In this document: piece by piece, positions 17,244 through 27,700 of the stretch | How positions within the stretch are numbered: position 1 is the stretch's first letter | How the letters are laid out: every line of letters starts with the position of its first letter | Source of the DNA: Candidatus Latescibacterota bacterium | GTDB lineage: Bacteria > Latescibacterota > UBA2968 | Assembly: GCA_965204375.1 (NCBI GenBank) | Contig: OZ241986.1 | Location: 3,584,001 to 3,648,000 of the forward strand | Reading direction: 5' to 3' | DNA: 64,000 nt | Program-made: the position numbers and the translations under genes | Notes under the pieces: generated by a model | What the model saw: only the letters and a program-made list of their open reading frames with translations | Databases searched by the model: none | What the model was told of the DNA's origin: nothing

Positions 17244-18965
17244 TCATCGCCGATCCTCCGGAGAGGCATCGTTTGTGGTCCAGTGAATGGTGTAGTCCTT
17301 ATCGGTCAGTGTCTGATAGTCCTTGATATCCCATCGTTTGACCATCCGTCGCATCGCCACGTACGTCAGAAACGCAACAACATAAAGCCACAAAGCAATC
17401 CAGCCTACGAACGTTAGCTCTTGAGTGTCCAGAGGAAAGTTGCTGCTCCCGACGATCTCCTCCAAAACCCACCGCACCCAGTCGGGCATGACATGGGACA
17501 ACCATCTCTCGAACAGCAAGGTGAGAGCGTAGAGCGACTCCAAATGGTGCCGAATAGCCCACCAACCTCCGAGAAACAATAACAAGGCAGGCACAAAGAC
17601 CAGCCATGATTTCTTGCGATACTTTCGCCACGAACGAAATAAGAACACACGACCACTCCCAGCTTTCAACACATCCTTCACGCGTTTTCGTAGCCTGGTT
17701 TCGTTGACGCATTTCTCGGTAGTTTGGTCTGAACTTGGCTGATCAAGAAAAAGAGGAGGTTGTGCCAACTCTGGTACGTCACCAGTCTTGTTGCTAATGG
17801 CCGCCTTCAACCTTTCACAATACTTTTGGATCTGCGCATCGATGAGAGTGTAGCCGTGGTACATCAAGACTTCCCGTTCGATAAAACTAAACTGGTCCAG
17901 ATCAGTTCGGATCCCACCCAACGCGGGAATGTACTCGGAAGGTAAGCGCGGCGTGTTGGGTCTGTCCTTAAGGTTTAAAAACAAATGCACAAACGCAAAT
18001 TCGCGACTGCTGCTGTCGTTTCTCTGCCACAAACGGAGGAGCTTGAGCATTTTTCTTCGAAGCTGGAACTGAAAAATAGAAAAGGTTCGGCCCATAACGG
18101 CGAAGGTTCGATTTCCTTGTCGATGAACTGGCTCCATCTGTCCGGAGGCATCGCTGACGAGCAGGACATCAAAGTCGTCACAGTCTGTCACTGAACTTTC
18201 TTCGCCATCCAATAAGCGATCAACGCCAACCAGAGCATCTATTCCCTGATTGTCCGCGACACCCCCATCTACAAGCTTATCTCCCCATATTGTCGTAGGG
18301 GGAAATAGACCGGGTACTCCTGAAGATGCTCCTACGACCTTCGACAACTTCAACGTATTCTGATTTACACGATGAAGTTCTTGCAGCCGGGATACCGGAT
18401 CTCGGCTGAACCCTATTCGCTCACCTGTAAGCAACGATGTCGTGTTCAGTACAACCTCCGGTCCGGTCAAGAAAAGAGGACTCTTCTCTTCTTCGGAACG
18501 TGCATCGTTGTGGCGCAAAGCGACTGAGGGTAAATGGTCCAGGGTTTCGTCGCGATAAAACCACTTGTCGTATTCTTTCTGCATTATGTCAGAGCGAGAA
18601 CAAGAGGGCCACAAGCTTTTGAGAAAGAGAATTGGATGGTAGAAGGGACCGAACACCATCGCCCTGGACCGCAGGTTGTGGTTAAGGGCTTGGAAAAAGC
18701 AGTCGGCGATTTTCTCGAATATCTGAAGTCGGACCTCATCGAGCCGGTCAGGATTATCTGCCAACTCTTCCCTGCGTTGGCGCAGGCGCTTCTCCATCTC
18801 GATCACGTAATAGGCTGCTATGATTGAGCCACCCGAGACAGCAGAGATCGTATGGACGTACTTCATGATCCCGAGTTCTTCGAGTCGGCGAATCACTCCC
18901 AGGTGGAAAATCGAAGCCCGAAATCCGCCTCCAGAAAGAGCAAGACCGATCCGGGGAGACTTCAA
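17244..18965 (-). CDS. Patatin-like phospholipase with C-terminal TM helices
   Basis: LALSGGGFRA oxyanion loop, SAVSGGS nucleophile, LVDGGVADN; two hydrophobic segments near the C-terminus. Confidence 0.88.
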   Translation of the reverse strand: MKSPRIGLALSGGGFRASIFHLGVIRRLEELGIMKYVHTISAVSGGSIIAAYYVIEMEKRLRQRREELADNPDRLDEVRLQIFEKIADCFFQALNHNLRSRAMVFGPFYHPILFLKSLWPSCSRSDIMQKEYDKWFYRDETLDHLPSVALRHNDARSEEEKSPLFLTGPEVVLNTTSLLTGERIGFSRDPVSRLQELHRVNQNTLKLSKVVGASSGVPGLFPPTTIWGDKLVDGGVADNQGIDALVGVDRLLDGEESSVTDCDDFDVLLVSDASGQMEPVHRQGNRTFAVMGRTFSIFQFQLRRKMLKLLRLWQRNDSSSREFAFVHLFLNLKDRPNTPRLPSEYIPALGGIRTDLDQFSFIEREVLMYHGYTLIDAQIQKYCERLKAAISNKTGDVPELAQPPLFLDQPSSDQTTEKCVNETRLRKRVKDVLKAGSGRVFLFRSWRKYRKKSWLVFVPALLLFLGGWWAIRHHLESLYALTLLFERWLSHVMPDWVRWVLEEIVGSSNFPLDTQELTFVGWIALWLYVVAFLTYVAMRRMVKRWDIKDYQTLTDKDYTIHWTTNDASPEDRR

Positions 18966-19065
18966 AGTGACCTCATCTTTTAATGTGTCGTTCAGGCTGA
19001 TCCATCCTTCACTGTAATGATGCCACGCAGGTAATGGCCAGAGTCATTTTCAGAATCGGAAGGGA

Positions 19066-20013
19066 TCATTTCCCTTCCTGGCTACCGAAACCTCGCAAAC
19101 CTTGCTCTGCCAAGTCTGCGAGGTGATCATTGCCAGCATATCGTGCCAGATCTCGTGCTTTCTCGAAATCTTGCCGCGCTTCGTCTATTAGCTTTAACTT
19201 GTCTTTCGTAATGCCCCGGTTGTAGTATGTATTGGCGTCGTCTGGTTTTAGGCGGATCGCCTCATTATAGTCGGCCATGGCTTCAGGGTATTGCTCTAAT
19301 GAGGCCTTGGCATTACCACGGTTGTTGTATACTCCGACTAAGTCTGATTTCAGGTCAATCGCTTTGTTAAAATCGACGATGGCCTCCTCATAGCGGCCGA
19401 GTAGGCCCTTCGCAGCACCCCGGTTTCTGTATGCTTCAGCGTAGTCTGGTTTTAGCTGAATCGCTTTGGTGTTGGCCGATATGCATTCTTTCAGATTTTC
19501 GTTCCGAAATAAATAACCCACATAATACCAAGCTTCGGCAGCGAGGTCATTATCGCTTCCTTCTGTGATGTTGGCAATGGCACGCCATTTCTCGATTGCT
19601 TCGTCTATTCTTCCTTGCTGCTGGAGAGAATCGGCCTGGGCAATTAATTTCTCTGTATATATCTGCAATTCCTTGGGGACCTCGTCCACGCTAACATCGA
19701 ATTCGGGCCTATCGGCAAGGAGTTCAAACTGAGATACATATTCTTCGGCTTTATCGCGGTACTTTTTCATCTCATCAAGAATGCGCTTAGCTTCTTGTGC
19801 ATGCTCGGCAGCATCTCTGGCACTATTTCTTGCCTCGGTCTCAATATCCCAGAATTTTTTGAAGCCCACATAACCGCCCAAGGCAACGATAACACCGAAA
19901 AATGTGAGGATAAGGGCAATAACAAAGAGCCAACGGTCAATGGATACTGCCCGTTTATCCAGAAGTTCGTCTCGAAGTTCGTTGAAGTGGCGTTGAATTT
20001 CGACATCGTCCAC
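19066..20013 (-). CDS. Membrane-anchored TPR protein; native 5' end displaced by the IS1380 (original ATG at 21837)
   Basis: TM segment WLFVIALILTFFGVIVALGG, coiled coil, TPR repeats (AYRNRG, YNNRG, YYNRG); reading frame continues upstream to the IS end. Confidence 0.85.
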   Translation of the reverse strand: MDDVEIQRHFNELRDELLDKRAVSIDRWLFVIALILTFFGVIVALGGYVGFKKFWDIETEARNSARDAAEHAQEAKRILDEMKKYRDKAEEYVSQFELLADRPEFDVSVDEVPKELQIYTEKLIAQADSLQQQGRIDEAIEKWRAIANITEGSDNDLAAEAWYYVGYLFRNENLKECISANTKAIQLKPDYAEAYRNRGAAKGLLGRYEEAIVDFNKAIDLKSDLVGVYNNRGNAKASLEQYPEAMADYNEAIRLKPDDANTYYNRGITKDKLKLIDEARQDFEKARDLARYAGNDHLADLAEQGLRGFGSQEGK

Positions 20014-20102
20014 AGTAGAAATCGACGAACCGGCAGACGAGTCGGTTTGTGTGGATGGGTCACGCTCCGCGTTTTTCTTTTTATGCGTTGGATTTTCTTT
20101 AG

Positions 20103-21823
20103 CCCGACTAATTCATGAAAGTTTTTGAATAGTCTATTTATGTCATCATTTCGATGTTGTAAGCCCTCTGTCCGTGTTTTTCTGTTTTTGTTGCTCCCGA
20201 TTGTGTTTTTACCGGGTTCTGACAGGTCAATGTCATTGGTAGAGCGTGCCTGTGGTAGTCAAAAAGGGCAGAGGTTCCCCCTTGCCCTTGCCTGCCGAGT
20301 CTTTGCCCAGCACAAGGCGGTGTGCGCCAGTGATGTTGTCTGCCTTCTGCTTGCCATCTCTGCCCTCCTGCGTTTTGGGTTAAGGTCCTGCCCTTTTCAG
20401 ATTGTGTAGGATTTTATGATACAGATGTTGCAAAGGATAGGACACAGGCAGATGGAAGGTGATCCTTGTTTTCAACTCACAGACGCGTCCTGCGACTTTG
20501 AGGAAGCGATTTTGAATGGTATTGACCTGCGCGTTTATCCACCTTGTGCCATTGAATCCTATTTGCGCCAATGTCTGTATCAAGACATAGGCGGCAGAAT
20601 GGAGAAAGAGGCGGAACTGATTGGCAGTAAAGCTGTGACAGGATGTGCGGTCAGAGTGGAGAAAGGTTTTGTGATTTTTAATGAAGTTTTCCATCTGTCC
20701 GCGCGCACAATAGACGCTTTGATAGATAAAGGACGCCATTGAACTTTTCAGGTTGGTCACGACAAAGCGTGTGTTTTGGCCTCGGTCACTGATTTCGACC
20801 TTGCATACGATGCGTTGTGCCTTGTTCCAACTCTTTGCCTGATAGGAAAACGAGGTAAAAAGACGCACGGCCTCCTTTGTATGTGCATAAAGCCTTTTGG
20901 CCTGCGCGATAAGGGGTTGTGCCGCCTCACAAAGCTTGGCATTGCTGGTCTGTCCTAAGATAAAATACAGGTCATCAGTCTCACAAAGGTGATGGACTTG
21001 CGGACAAGAAAAGTGGGCATCACCCCGCAAGATGATCGCCACATCAGGCCAAGCCTGACGCAGATAGGCCACCAAACGCTTGATAATGGCGACTATCTGT
21101 TGGCCGGTCGGACGGATACCGGGACGCAATATCGTAGTGATCAACTTACCGGTTTGTCCCTCATAAATATGCAAGGGCTGATAGGTGTAGGCATTGTAAT
21201 AGCCATTGAATAGGGACAACTGCTGGGTCCCATAAACCGTATCCTGTGTATCATCAATATCTAAGATGATCGCCTCGGGCGGCTTTTTATACGAAGCGAT
21301 AAAACAATCGAGGAAGGCACGGGCAATCCGATACAAGTCGCTTCGCCTGATCTGGTTCTCAAACCGGCTCATCGTGGGTTGACTGCCCAAGTCTTTACCT
21401 GAAAGCGGCAAGACACCACAGGCGGCCTTGATACCCGGATCGCTGCGTAAGGCATCACAATCATTGCCATCTTCATACCCACAGGCTATCTGGAACACCC
21501 GTTGCTTGACCAACTCTGCGACGGCGTGCCTCACATAACTCTTATGCCGACGATCCCTGATCGCAGCACTCATGCGTGTTAAAATGCCAGATTTTGCCTC
21601 TACTTCTCGAAGCAATAACGCGCCGCTATCGCTGGTGAGAATGCCCCCATCAAAGGCGATATTGACACGTTTGCCGAAAATGCTTGCCAAAGGAACCTTG
21701 CGATGTTTATCTTGTGACCCCATGGTAGTTTCCTCCAAGTCTATTGTTTAATGGTTATGGTGATAACCTATAATAATACAATGACTTGAATAAGGAAACT
21801 ACCTTTTTTATGAATTTTTCAGG
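20103..21823 (-). mobile_element. IS1380-family insertion sequence (1721 bp) with 4-bp TTAG target duplication
   Basis: Imperfect IRs cccgactaattcat (20103-20116) and atgaatttttcagg (21810-21823), 11/14 match; TTAG at 20099-20102 and 21824-21827. Confidence 0.88.
20380..21723 (-). CDS. IS1380-family DDE transposase
   Basis: FDGGILTSDSG, GYEDGND, SQPTMSRFEN, ILDIDDT, LRGDAHF, YCARGQMENFIK; ATG after GGAGG. Confidence 0.93.
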   Translation of the reverse strand: MGSQDKHRKVPLASIFGKRVNIAFDGGILTSDSGALLLREVEAKSGILTRMSAAIRDRRHKSYVRHAVAELVKQRVFQIACGYEDGNDCDALRSDPGIKAACGVLPLSGKDLGSQPTMSRFENQIRRSDLYRIARAFLDCFIASYKKPPEAIILDIDDTQDTVYGTQQLSLFNGYYNAYTYQPLHIYEGQTGKLITTILRPGIRPTGQQIVAIIKRLVAYLRQAWPDVAIILRGDAHFSCPQVHHLCETDDLYFILGQTSNAKLCEAAQPLIAQAKRLYAHTKEAVRLFTSFSYQAKSWNKAQRIVCKVEISDRGQNTRFVVTNLKSSMASFIYQSVYCARGQMENFIKNHKTFLHSDRTSCHSFTANQFRLFLHSAAYVLIQTLAQIGFNGTRWINAQVNTIQNRFLKVAGRVCELKTRITFHLPVSYPLQHLYHKILHNLKRAGP

Positions 21824-21847
21824 TTAGAATTGTTCATATTGAGAGTC

Positions 21848-22732
21848 TCAAAAAAACGTATTGACGATTATCATATAACAGGCATTCTGTTTTCTCTTCA
21901 GAGTGTCTGGTAGGAGTGTAGCATTTCGGCTCGTAAACTCCTGGATGCGCTCAGGCTTCACCCCATAGATATTGCGGAGGGTATTAAACAGGCCGATCAG
22001 ATCTGTTTCACTGTTAGTAGCTTTAGCCAACGCGCTCAAATACACATCATCAATATGCGATAATGCCTTTGCTATTCGGGAGCGCGTTTCATTGACAGAC
22101 TGAACATCCGAAAGTCTGGCAGGCGCATCCCAACACGGTGTCACGGATTTGATCTTACGCAACACGGCCAGATGGTGGTCCTCGCGGATAATCGACACTG
22201 TAAAACTACTGGGATAGACGGACAGCCAATTCTCGACAATTTGCTTCTCATAAGACCTTCTGAAATCGTCCAGAATGACCAGACCACCAATCTTGATCTG
22301 ATCATAAACCTGGTAAAGGCAGGCCTCCCGACCTCGCAAGGTATAGACAGGCGGACCATCAATAATCACGCAATCCATCTCTTCCTGCCAAAACATCCCA
22401 TCTTCATAAGTCAAAAATTCCGCATCTCCATAAGATTCAAGCGTAATCGGACGATATTTGATCGATAGATTGCGCTTATCCAAAAACTTCTGTATCAAAT
22501 CCGTAGTTTCTCTAAAATTTCGACAATCACCTTCCACAGACAAAACTTGCGCTTCAGGAAACGCCATCGCCAGACGGATAGAACTCGGACCACTTCCAAA
22601 TTCGAGAATTCTTTCTACTGTGGACATCTGAAGAAGCAAGGTCTCTATTCTCCCGAACACTGTCTCACCAATGCTCCAGCCTGTGTCCAGATTAAGCTGA
22701 TCAGGCATTTCAAAATCTGAAATTTTATGCAT
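21848..22732 (-). CDS. Class I SAM-dependent methyltransferase (cluster 2 tailoring)
   Basis: ILEFGSGPSS, SVEGD, VIIDGPP, GGLVILDD. Confidence 0.82.
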   Translation of the reverse strand: MHKISDFEMPDQLNLDTGWSIGETVFGRIETLLLQMSTVERILEFGSGPSSIRLAMAFPEAQVLSVEGDCRNFRETTDLIQKFLDKRNLSIKYRPITLESYGDAEFLTYEDGMFWQEEMDCVIIDGPPVYTLRGREACLYQVYDQIKIGGLVILDDFRRSYEKQIVENWLSVYPSSFTVSIIREDHHLAVLRKIKSVTPCWDAPARLSDVQSVNETRSRIAKALSHIDDVYLSALAKATNSETDLIGLFNTLRNIYGVKPERIQEFTSRNATLLPDTLKRKQNACYMIIVNTFF

Positions 22733-22747
22733 TTCTCACTTCTCTGC

Positions 22748-24178
22748 CTATGATGTCACCTCCAGATCATAACGTCGCTGCAACAAAGACGCATCGACTT
22801 CCGCAATCTCCATACACATCTCCATCGCCAGTTCATAGCGATAGCGCGTCTGCTCACAAGCAACCGGATTGGGATACATCGGATCACCCGTCGTCGTCCG
22901 TGCCTCCCAAAGACATCCGCCACCACACAAGTTGCGCGCCCAGCACGTTTTGCACTCAGATCGATTATTCACATTGAACTGCGCGTCAAAATACTGCTGT
23001 TTTTCGCGATCAATACCCGCAAACACATCACCCATCTTAAACTCAGGTGCATCGGCCAAACTCGAGCAAAAATAAATTGATCCGTCTGCTGCAACAGCCA
23101 AATACTGCTTGCCGCCCAAGCATCCATGACAGGATTTTTGGCGCGTCAAAAGTTTTTCGATCCTCGGATCAAACTCTTCACTCTCTTCACCATTTAAAAT
23201 GGCTTTGAGCGCATGTCGGCTCCGCTTGTAAATTTGCTGCTTCAGAACGGGTATATGTTCTTCCCGAATAGCATAAGGCGCATCCGGTGAAACAACAGCC
23301 GGACCAACAAGTGCGTTTTCAGTACCCAGGGAACGCAACTCATCGGCAATCTGATCCTCGTCCATATCATAAGCTGTCATAACAGCCTGCAAATACACGC
23401 GCTCAGGTGCCTCAGCAGTCAGCTTTTTCACATTTTTTGCCACAACATCATAAGTCCCAGAACCATTGTGAAACTTGCGAATGCGATCCTGTGTTTTACG
23501 TCCGCCATCCAGGCTAACCTTAATCTGAAACTTTTCATCAACCAAAAACTGCTTCATCTCGTCGGTCAACAGCGTGCCATTGGTCACAATGCCAAATCCC
23601 ACCTGCACACCTAATCGCGCTCCCAGGGACCTGGCAAACGGCACCAGCTTGCATAATAGCGGAAAGTTCAAAAGCGGCTCTCCGCCAAAAAAATCAATCT
23701 GGCACCGTCCGAACACCTGAGCCTCATTAACAATCCAGCTTATCGCTTGTTCGGCAACATCGGGTTGCATCAGCATGGCCTTACCGCCGTAATCTCCACC
23801 GTGGGCAAAGCAATAAGCGCATTGAATATTGCACGTATGGGAAACGTGCAGCGACACCTGCAAACGATCTGTCTGCGATACCCCACAGGCTGCCACCCCT
23901 TCTGCGATCGGCACATTGGATACCACGGGTAGAGCACCATCCGAAATCAAACCTACCCGAGACAATTCCTCAATGGCTTCGACAACTTCTTCTGCCTCGT
24001 ATTGACCGACCAGCATCTGGACAACCTGTGAAGCAGACAAGCTCTCACAACATTCTAAAATTGATTTGAAAAGGGGGTCCAGTTCAAAAAACAGCCCCGT
24101 CTTCACCTGATAGACAATCGGCTGTTTGTGCTCTTCGGTTTGAAAAAGATGCATGTCACATTTTTGAATACACAGCAT
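22748..24178 (-). CDS. Radical SAM / SPASM maturase with N-terminal RRE, thioether (ranthipeptide/SCIFF/QhpD-like) type
   Basis: N-terminal winged-helix region; CNIQCAYC, FFGGEPLL, VTNG, VSLDG; SPASM CHGCLGG...YFC...CKTCWARNLCGGGC...C. Confidence 0.9.
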   Translation of the reverse strand: MLCIQKCDMHLFQTEEHKQPIVYQVKTGLFFELDPLFKSILECCESLSASQVVQMLVGQYEAEEVVEAIEELSRVGLISDGALPVVSNVPIAEGVAACGVSQTDRLQVSLHVSHTCNIQCAYCFAHGGDYGGKAMLMQPDVAEQAISWIVNEAQVFGRCQIDFFGGEPLLNFPLLCKLVPFARSLGARLGVQVGFGIVTNGTLLTDEMKQFLVDEKFQIKVSLDGGRKTQDRIRKFHNGSGTYDVVAKNVKKLTAEAPERVYLQAVMTAYDMDEDQIADELRSLGTENALVGPAVVSPDAPYAIREEHIPVLKQQIYKRSRHALKAILNGEESEEFDPRIEKLLTRQKSCHGCLGGKQYLAVAADGSIYFCSSLADAPEFKMGDVFAGIDREKQQYFDAQFNVNNRSECKTCWARNLCGGGCLWEARTTTGDPMYPNPVACEQTRYRYELAMEMCMEIAEVDASLLQRRYDLEVTS

Positions 24179-24202
24179 GCCTTGTACTCCTGAGAATCGA
24201 AA

Positions 24203-24391
24203 TCATCTATCCTGATCATCAGCCTGATCAAGATCGTCCCAATCGTCATCATCGGGAAAGGGCAGGGGGGGAACAGCTATCCAACCGGGCTCACAGATCA
24301 TTTCAAAACTATCCGCAGTCTGATACATAAGAATGCCACCTTCTTGACCTATCGTTCCATTGATCAAAGTCAACTTGCGTCGCGTTGCCAT
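24203..24391 (-). CDS. Putative RiPP precursor peptide (cluster 2), 62 aa
   Basis: MATRRKLTLING...SFEMICEPGWIAVPPLPFPDDDDWDDLDQADDQDR; SD GAGGGAGG; 24 bp upstream of the rSAM and downstream of a sigma54 promoter. Confidence 0.75.
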   Translation of the reverse strand: MATRRKLTLINGTIGQEGGILMYQTADSFEMICEPGWIAVPPLPFPDDDDWDDLDQADDQDR

Positions 24392-24446
24392 ATTACCCTC
24401 CCTCAATACAAAAATCTAAAATGTGGTCACGATCTGTCCTTAATAC

Positions 24447-24462
24447 TGCAAGATCCGTGCCT
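24447..24462 (-). promoter_or_regulatory. sigma54 (-24/-12) promoter
   Basis: Minus strand AGGCACGGATCTTGCA versus consensus TGGCACG-N4-TTGCW; ~55 bp upstream of the precursor ATG. Confidence 0.8.
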
Positions 24463-24572
24463 GAAATCGTCCCAACACAAAAAAAAGCACTTGAAAATTC
24501 TCAAGTGCTTAAAAAATAAAGAGATAAAATTTAAAAATTATTTGTGATACAAATGCGACGATCAGACATAAG

Positions 24573-24692
24573 TGTAAACACCAGGATACACTTACAACCG
24601 CTTATTTAAATAAAATATCCATAAATTATTGACTTATATAAACATACTACAAATCGTAAACACCAGGATACACTGTAAACGCCAGGATACAC
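24573..24692. promoter_or_regulatory. Three 18-bp direct repeats, putative enhancer (UAS) sites for the sigma54 activator
   Basis: gtaaacaccaggatacac at 24574-24591 and 24656-24673, gtaaacgccaggatacac at 24675-24692; TGT-N12-ACA symmetry in two copies; AT-rich spacer to the promoter. Confidence 0.7.
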
Positions 24693-24703
24693 CTGTTCAA
24701 CGT

Positions 24704-27700
24704 CTATATCAATCCCAAACGATTGATCTTTTTATGCAGGCCAACGCGCGTCATTCCCAATTCTCTGGCGGCCTGGGTAATATTGCCCTCGTATTTCTCG
24801 AGCGTATCTCGAATCAATTGTTTTTCATACTCCTGAACACGATCTTGTAAATACCCCTGAAATTCGACAGAGGCATCTGACACTGTATGCCCGATAGATT
24901 CTGAAAACAAATCAGGCGTAATATCACCATCTTCTTTTGCCAATGCCACCGCAAGCCGAATCTTATTTTCCAACTCGCGCACATTACCCGACCATCTGTG
25001 ACTTGTGAGCACCTTAATCGCACCTAATGTCAGCTCTCCAACCGACTTGTTTGCCTCTTCTTTTGCCCGAATGAGCAGATGTTCAGCCAATAACGGCACA
25101 TCTTCAAGGTGTTCTCGCAAAGGCGGCATATCGATCTGAATCCCATGCAACCGATAATACAAATCTTCGCGAAAAGAGCCTTTTTCAACTTCTTTTTTTA
25201 AGTCTCGATTGGTCGCTGCAATAATGCGTACATCCACTTTGCGATCCTCTGTTTCTCCCACACGCCGAATCTCTCCTTCTTGCAACACCCGCAACAAACT
25301 CTTTTGCAACTCTGGCGAGGCATCGGCGATTTCATCCAAAAGAACCGTGCCCCCATCAGCAACTTCAAAAATCCCTTTATGATCTTCACTCGCGCCAGTA
25401 AAAGCACCTTTTTTGTGACCAAACAATTCACTCTGCAACAACTCTGGTGAAAGTGCAGCACAATTTTGCGACAAAAATCGCTGGTCTTTGCGTGTACTAT
25501 TGTAGTGTATGGCACGCGCAGCCAATTCCTTGCCCGTACCTGTTTCGCCCTGCACAAGCACGGGAATATCGCTCTTTGCAGCAGTTTCTATAAGCCGGTA
25601 GATCGCCTGCATCGCATCACTCTGGCCAACCAGATCATCAAGTCGGTACCGCCTTTTCACCTCCTGCTGCCAATATTGTGCTTTCTCCTCCAATTGTTCG
25701 TACATCCTCGCATTGACCAGTGCCATCCCCACCAGATTCGCAAATGCCTGCAAAAACGTCTGATCTTCTTCAGAAAATACATTGTCTATGCCGCGATGAT
25801 CCACATATAGCGCACCGATAACACCTTCCTTAACATGAAATAGGGGTACGCATAATACAGACCGAATGTTGTAGTCCATCACACTCTGGTACTGATTGAG
25901 CCTTCCATCTGTCTGGGCATCAAAGCTCAAAACGGGTTCATTGGTCTCAATAACGCGGCGAATAATACCTCCACTCAATTCTTCTGCATCATCTACCTCT
26001 AAATTGTGGTAGCGCACAGCATCGACCACAAAGCCTTTTGGGGTCTCATTTTTAATCGCAACAACCACGCGTTCTGCTGGATAGATAGTCAACAAATTAC
26101 CCAAAGTTCGATCCAATAGCACCTTGACATCGCGCTCTGTTGTCAATTCCCTGCTCACATCGTAAAGCAAGCGTAAGCGATCAACAGATAACGTATCGAC
26201 CGAAATTTCAGAACTGGGAGCGACATCCTCGTTGCGAGAAGATTCATCCAATTGATCTAATAACACCTGTGTTTTCTCCAGAAAATAGGACATTTCCATT
26301 TCTTCAAACGCCTGTTTTGCCGCTTCGAGATGTGCCTGCGCTTTTGGTACATCATCGCGCTCGAGATAAAATTCCCCTGCCATCAACAGCGCACGCGCCC
26401 AGTGATCGCCTTTGGATTCTCTGCGACATTCAATAGCCTGCTCAAACGCCTCTTCAGCCTCAGCAATCCGCCCTGCTTGAGCGAAAGCAACGCCGATACC
26501 ACAATACACCAGGGGCAATATGCCCTTGTACATCCCCGATGTTTGTTGCGTACCTTCACTGACTCTTTCTGTCCATTCAAGTGCTACATCTGTATCTCCC
26601 ATTCTCGCCGCAGCCGTTGCCGCTATCGCATAAGCGCGATAGACATAATCTTTTCGAGGTGTTTCCAAAAATCGCTCTGAAGAAATCTCGGCATATTCCA
26701 ATGCTTCGGCAAAATCACCGCGTTCCAGTGCCAATTCTCCCAAGTAGAGGAAATTCATTGCCTCCCAGTACAAAAGTCCTCGCTTCTGCCACTCACCAAT
26801 GACCTCATAACAAACCGATTCCGCACGATTGAAATCACCCAAATAAAAATACACTCTTTGAAGTGAATTAAGTGCCCAAATGCGATGGTGTTCAAGTCCA
26901 AGTTGTAGAGATGTTCTTACAGTTGCTTTTAGGTGTGCTTTAGCTGTCCCAAAGCGAAATCCCACTAATGCAATCAGACCTTCTCGCCCTTGTATAATAG
27001 CCTTGTTTTGAGCTCTTCCCAGAGTAGCATATTTCTCTATTTCCCGACGCATATACGCAATCGCTTCTTCGTGCCGTCCAGACACATCACATAAATGAGC
27101 TAAACTGCTCAATGCCTGAACCTCACCTTCGAGATCACCGAGTTCGCGATAAAGTCGCAATGCCTCCAGCATATATTCTTCTGCTATTTCTCGATGTTGA
27201 AGTACGCTGTGAATAACCCCTTTGCGATTCAAAATATGTGCCTTCAAATCGTTTCGATCAGAGGGCAATAACCCCTTTGCCTCGTTTAAAAGTTCCAGTG
27301 CTTTATTGTACTGACCGCAATTGCGCAGCACATCTGCATAATCGCACAAAAAGTCGATAGTATCTGCTTGTGATTCAAAGGCGTCATCCGCTGACCAGCC
27401 TCGCACAGCCTCAAACCGTCTCAATGCTTGGCGATACGCCTGTGTCTCCAATGCTTTCTTGCCCGCCAGACACATATATTTCATCGCCTTATCTCGTTCT
27501 TCTGCCGCCGCAAAATGATCCGCCAATTCTTCCGCCAATTCTTCCGCATCCTCCGACTCGTCCAGAACATTGCCAATTTCTCGATGCAACAGACGCCGCC
27601 GAGCATTTTGCAGGCGGTCATAAATTGCACGCCGACACAACTCCTGCGAAAATCGATAGCGGTCTTCATCCTCTACACAAGCATCCAAAAGCCCTTCTGC

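Noticed and set aside
17244-18965. Patatin as a CBASS CapV effector
   Set aside because: No CD-NTase or other cyclase nearby, and the architecture is longer and TM-anchored.
24203-24391. Precursor 2 as quinohemoprotein amine dehydrogenase gamma subunit (QhpC)
   Set aside because: Shares only a PGW motif and leader flavour; it lacks the multiple Cys and CWW motif, and no alpha/beta subunits are present.
24574-24692. Direct repeats as a mini-CRISPR array
   Set aside because: Repeats are only 18 bp with gaps of 64 and 1 bp; position and dyad fit enhancer sites.
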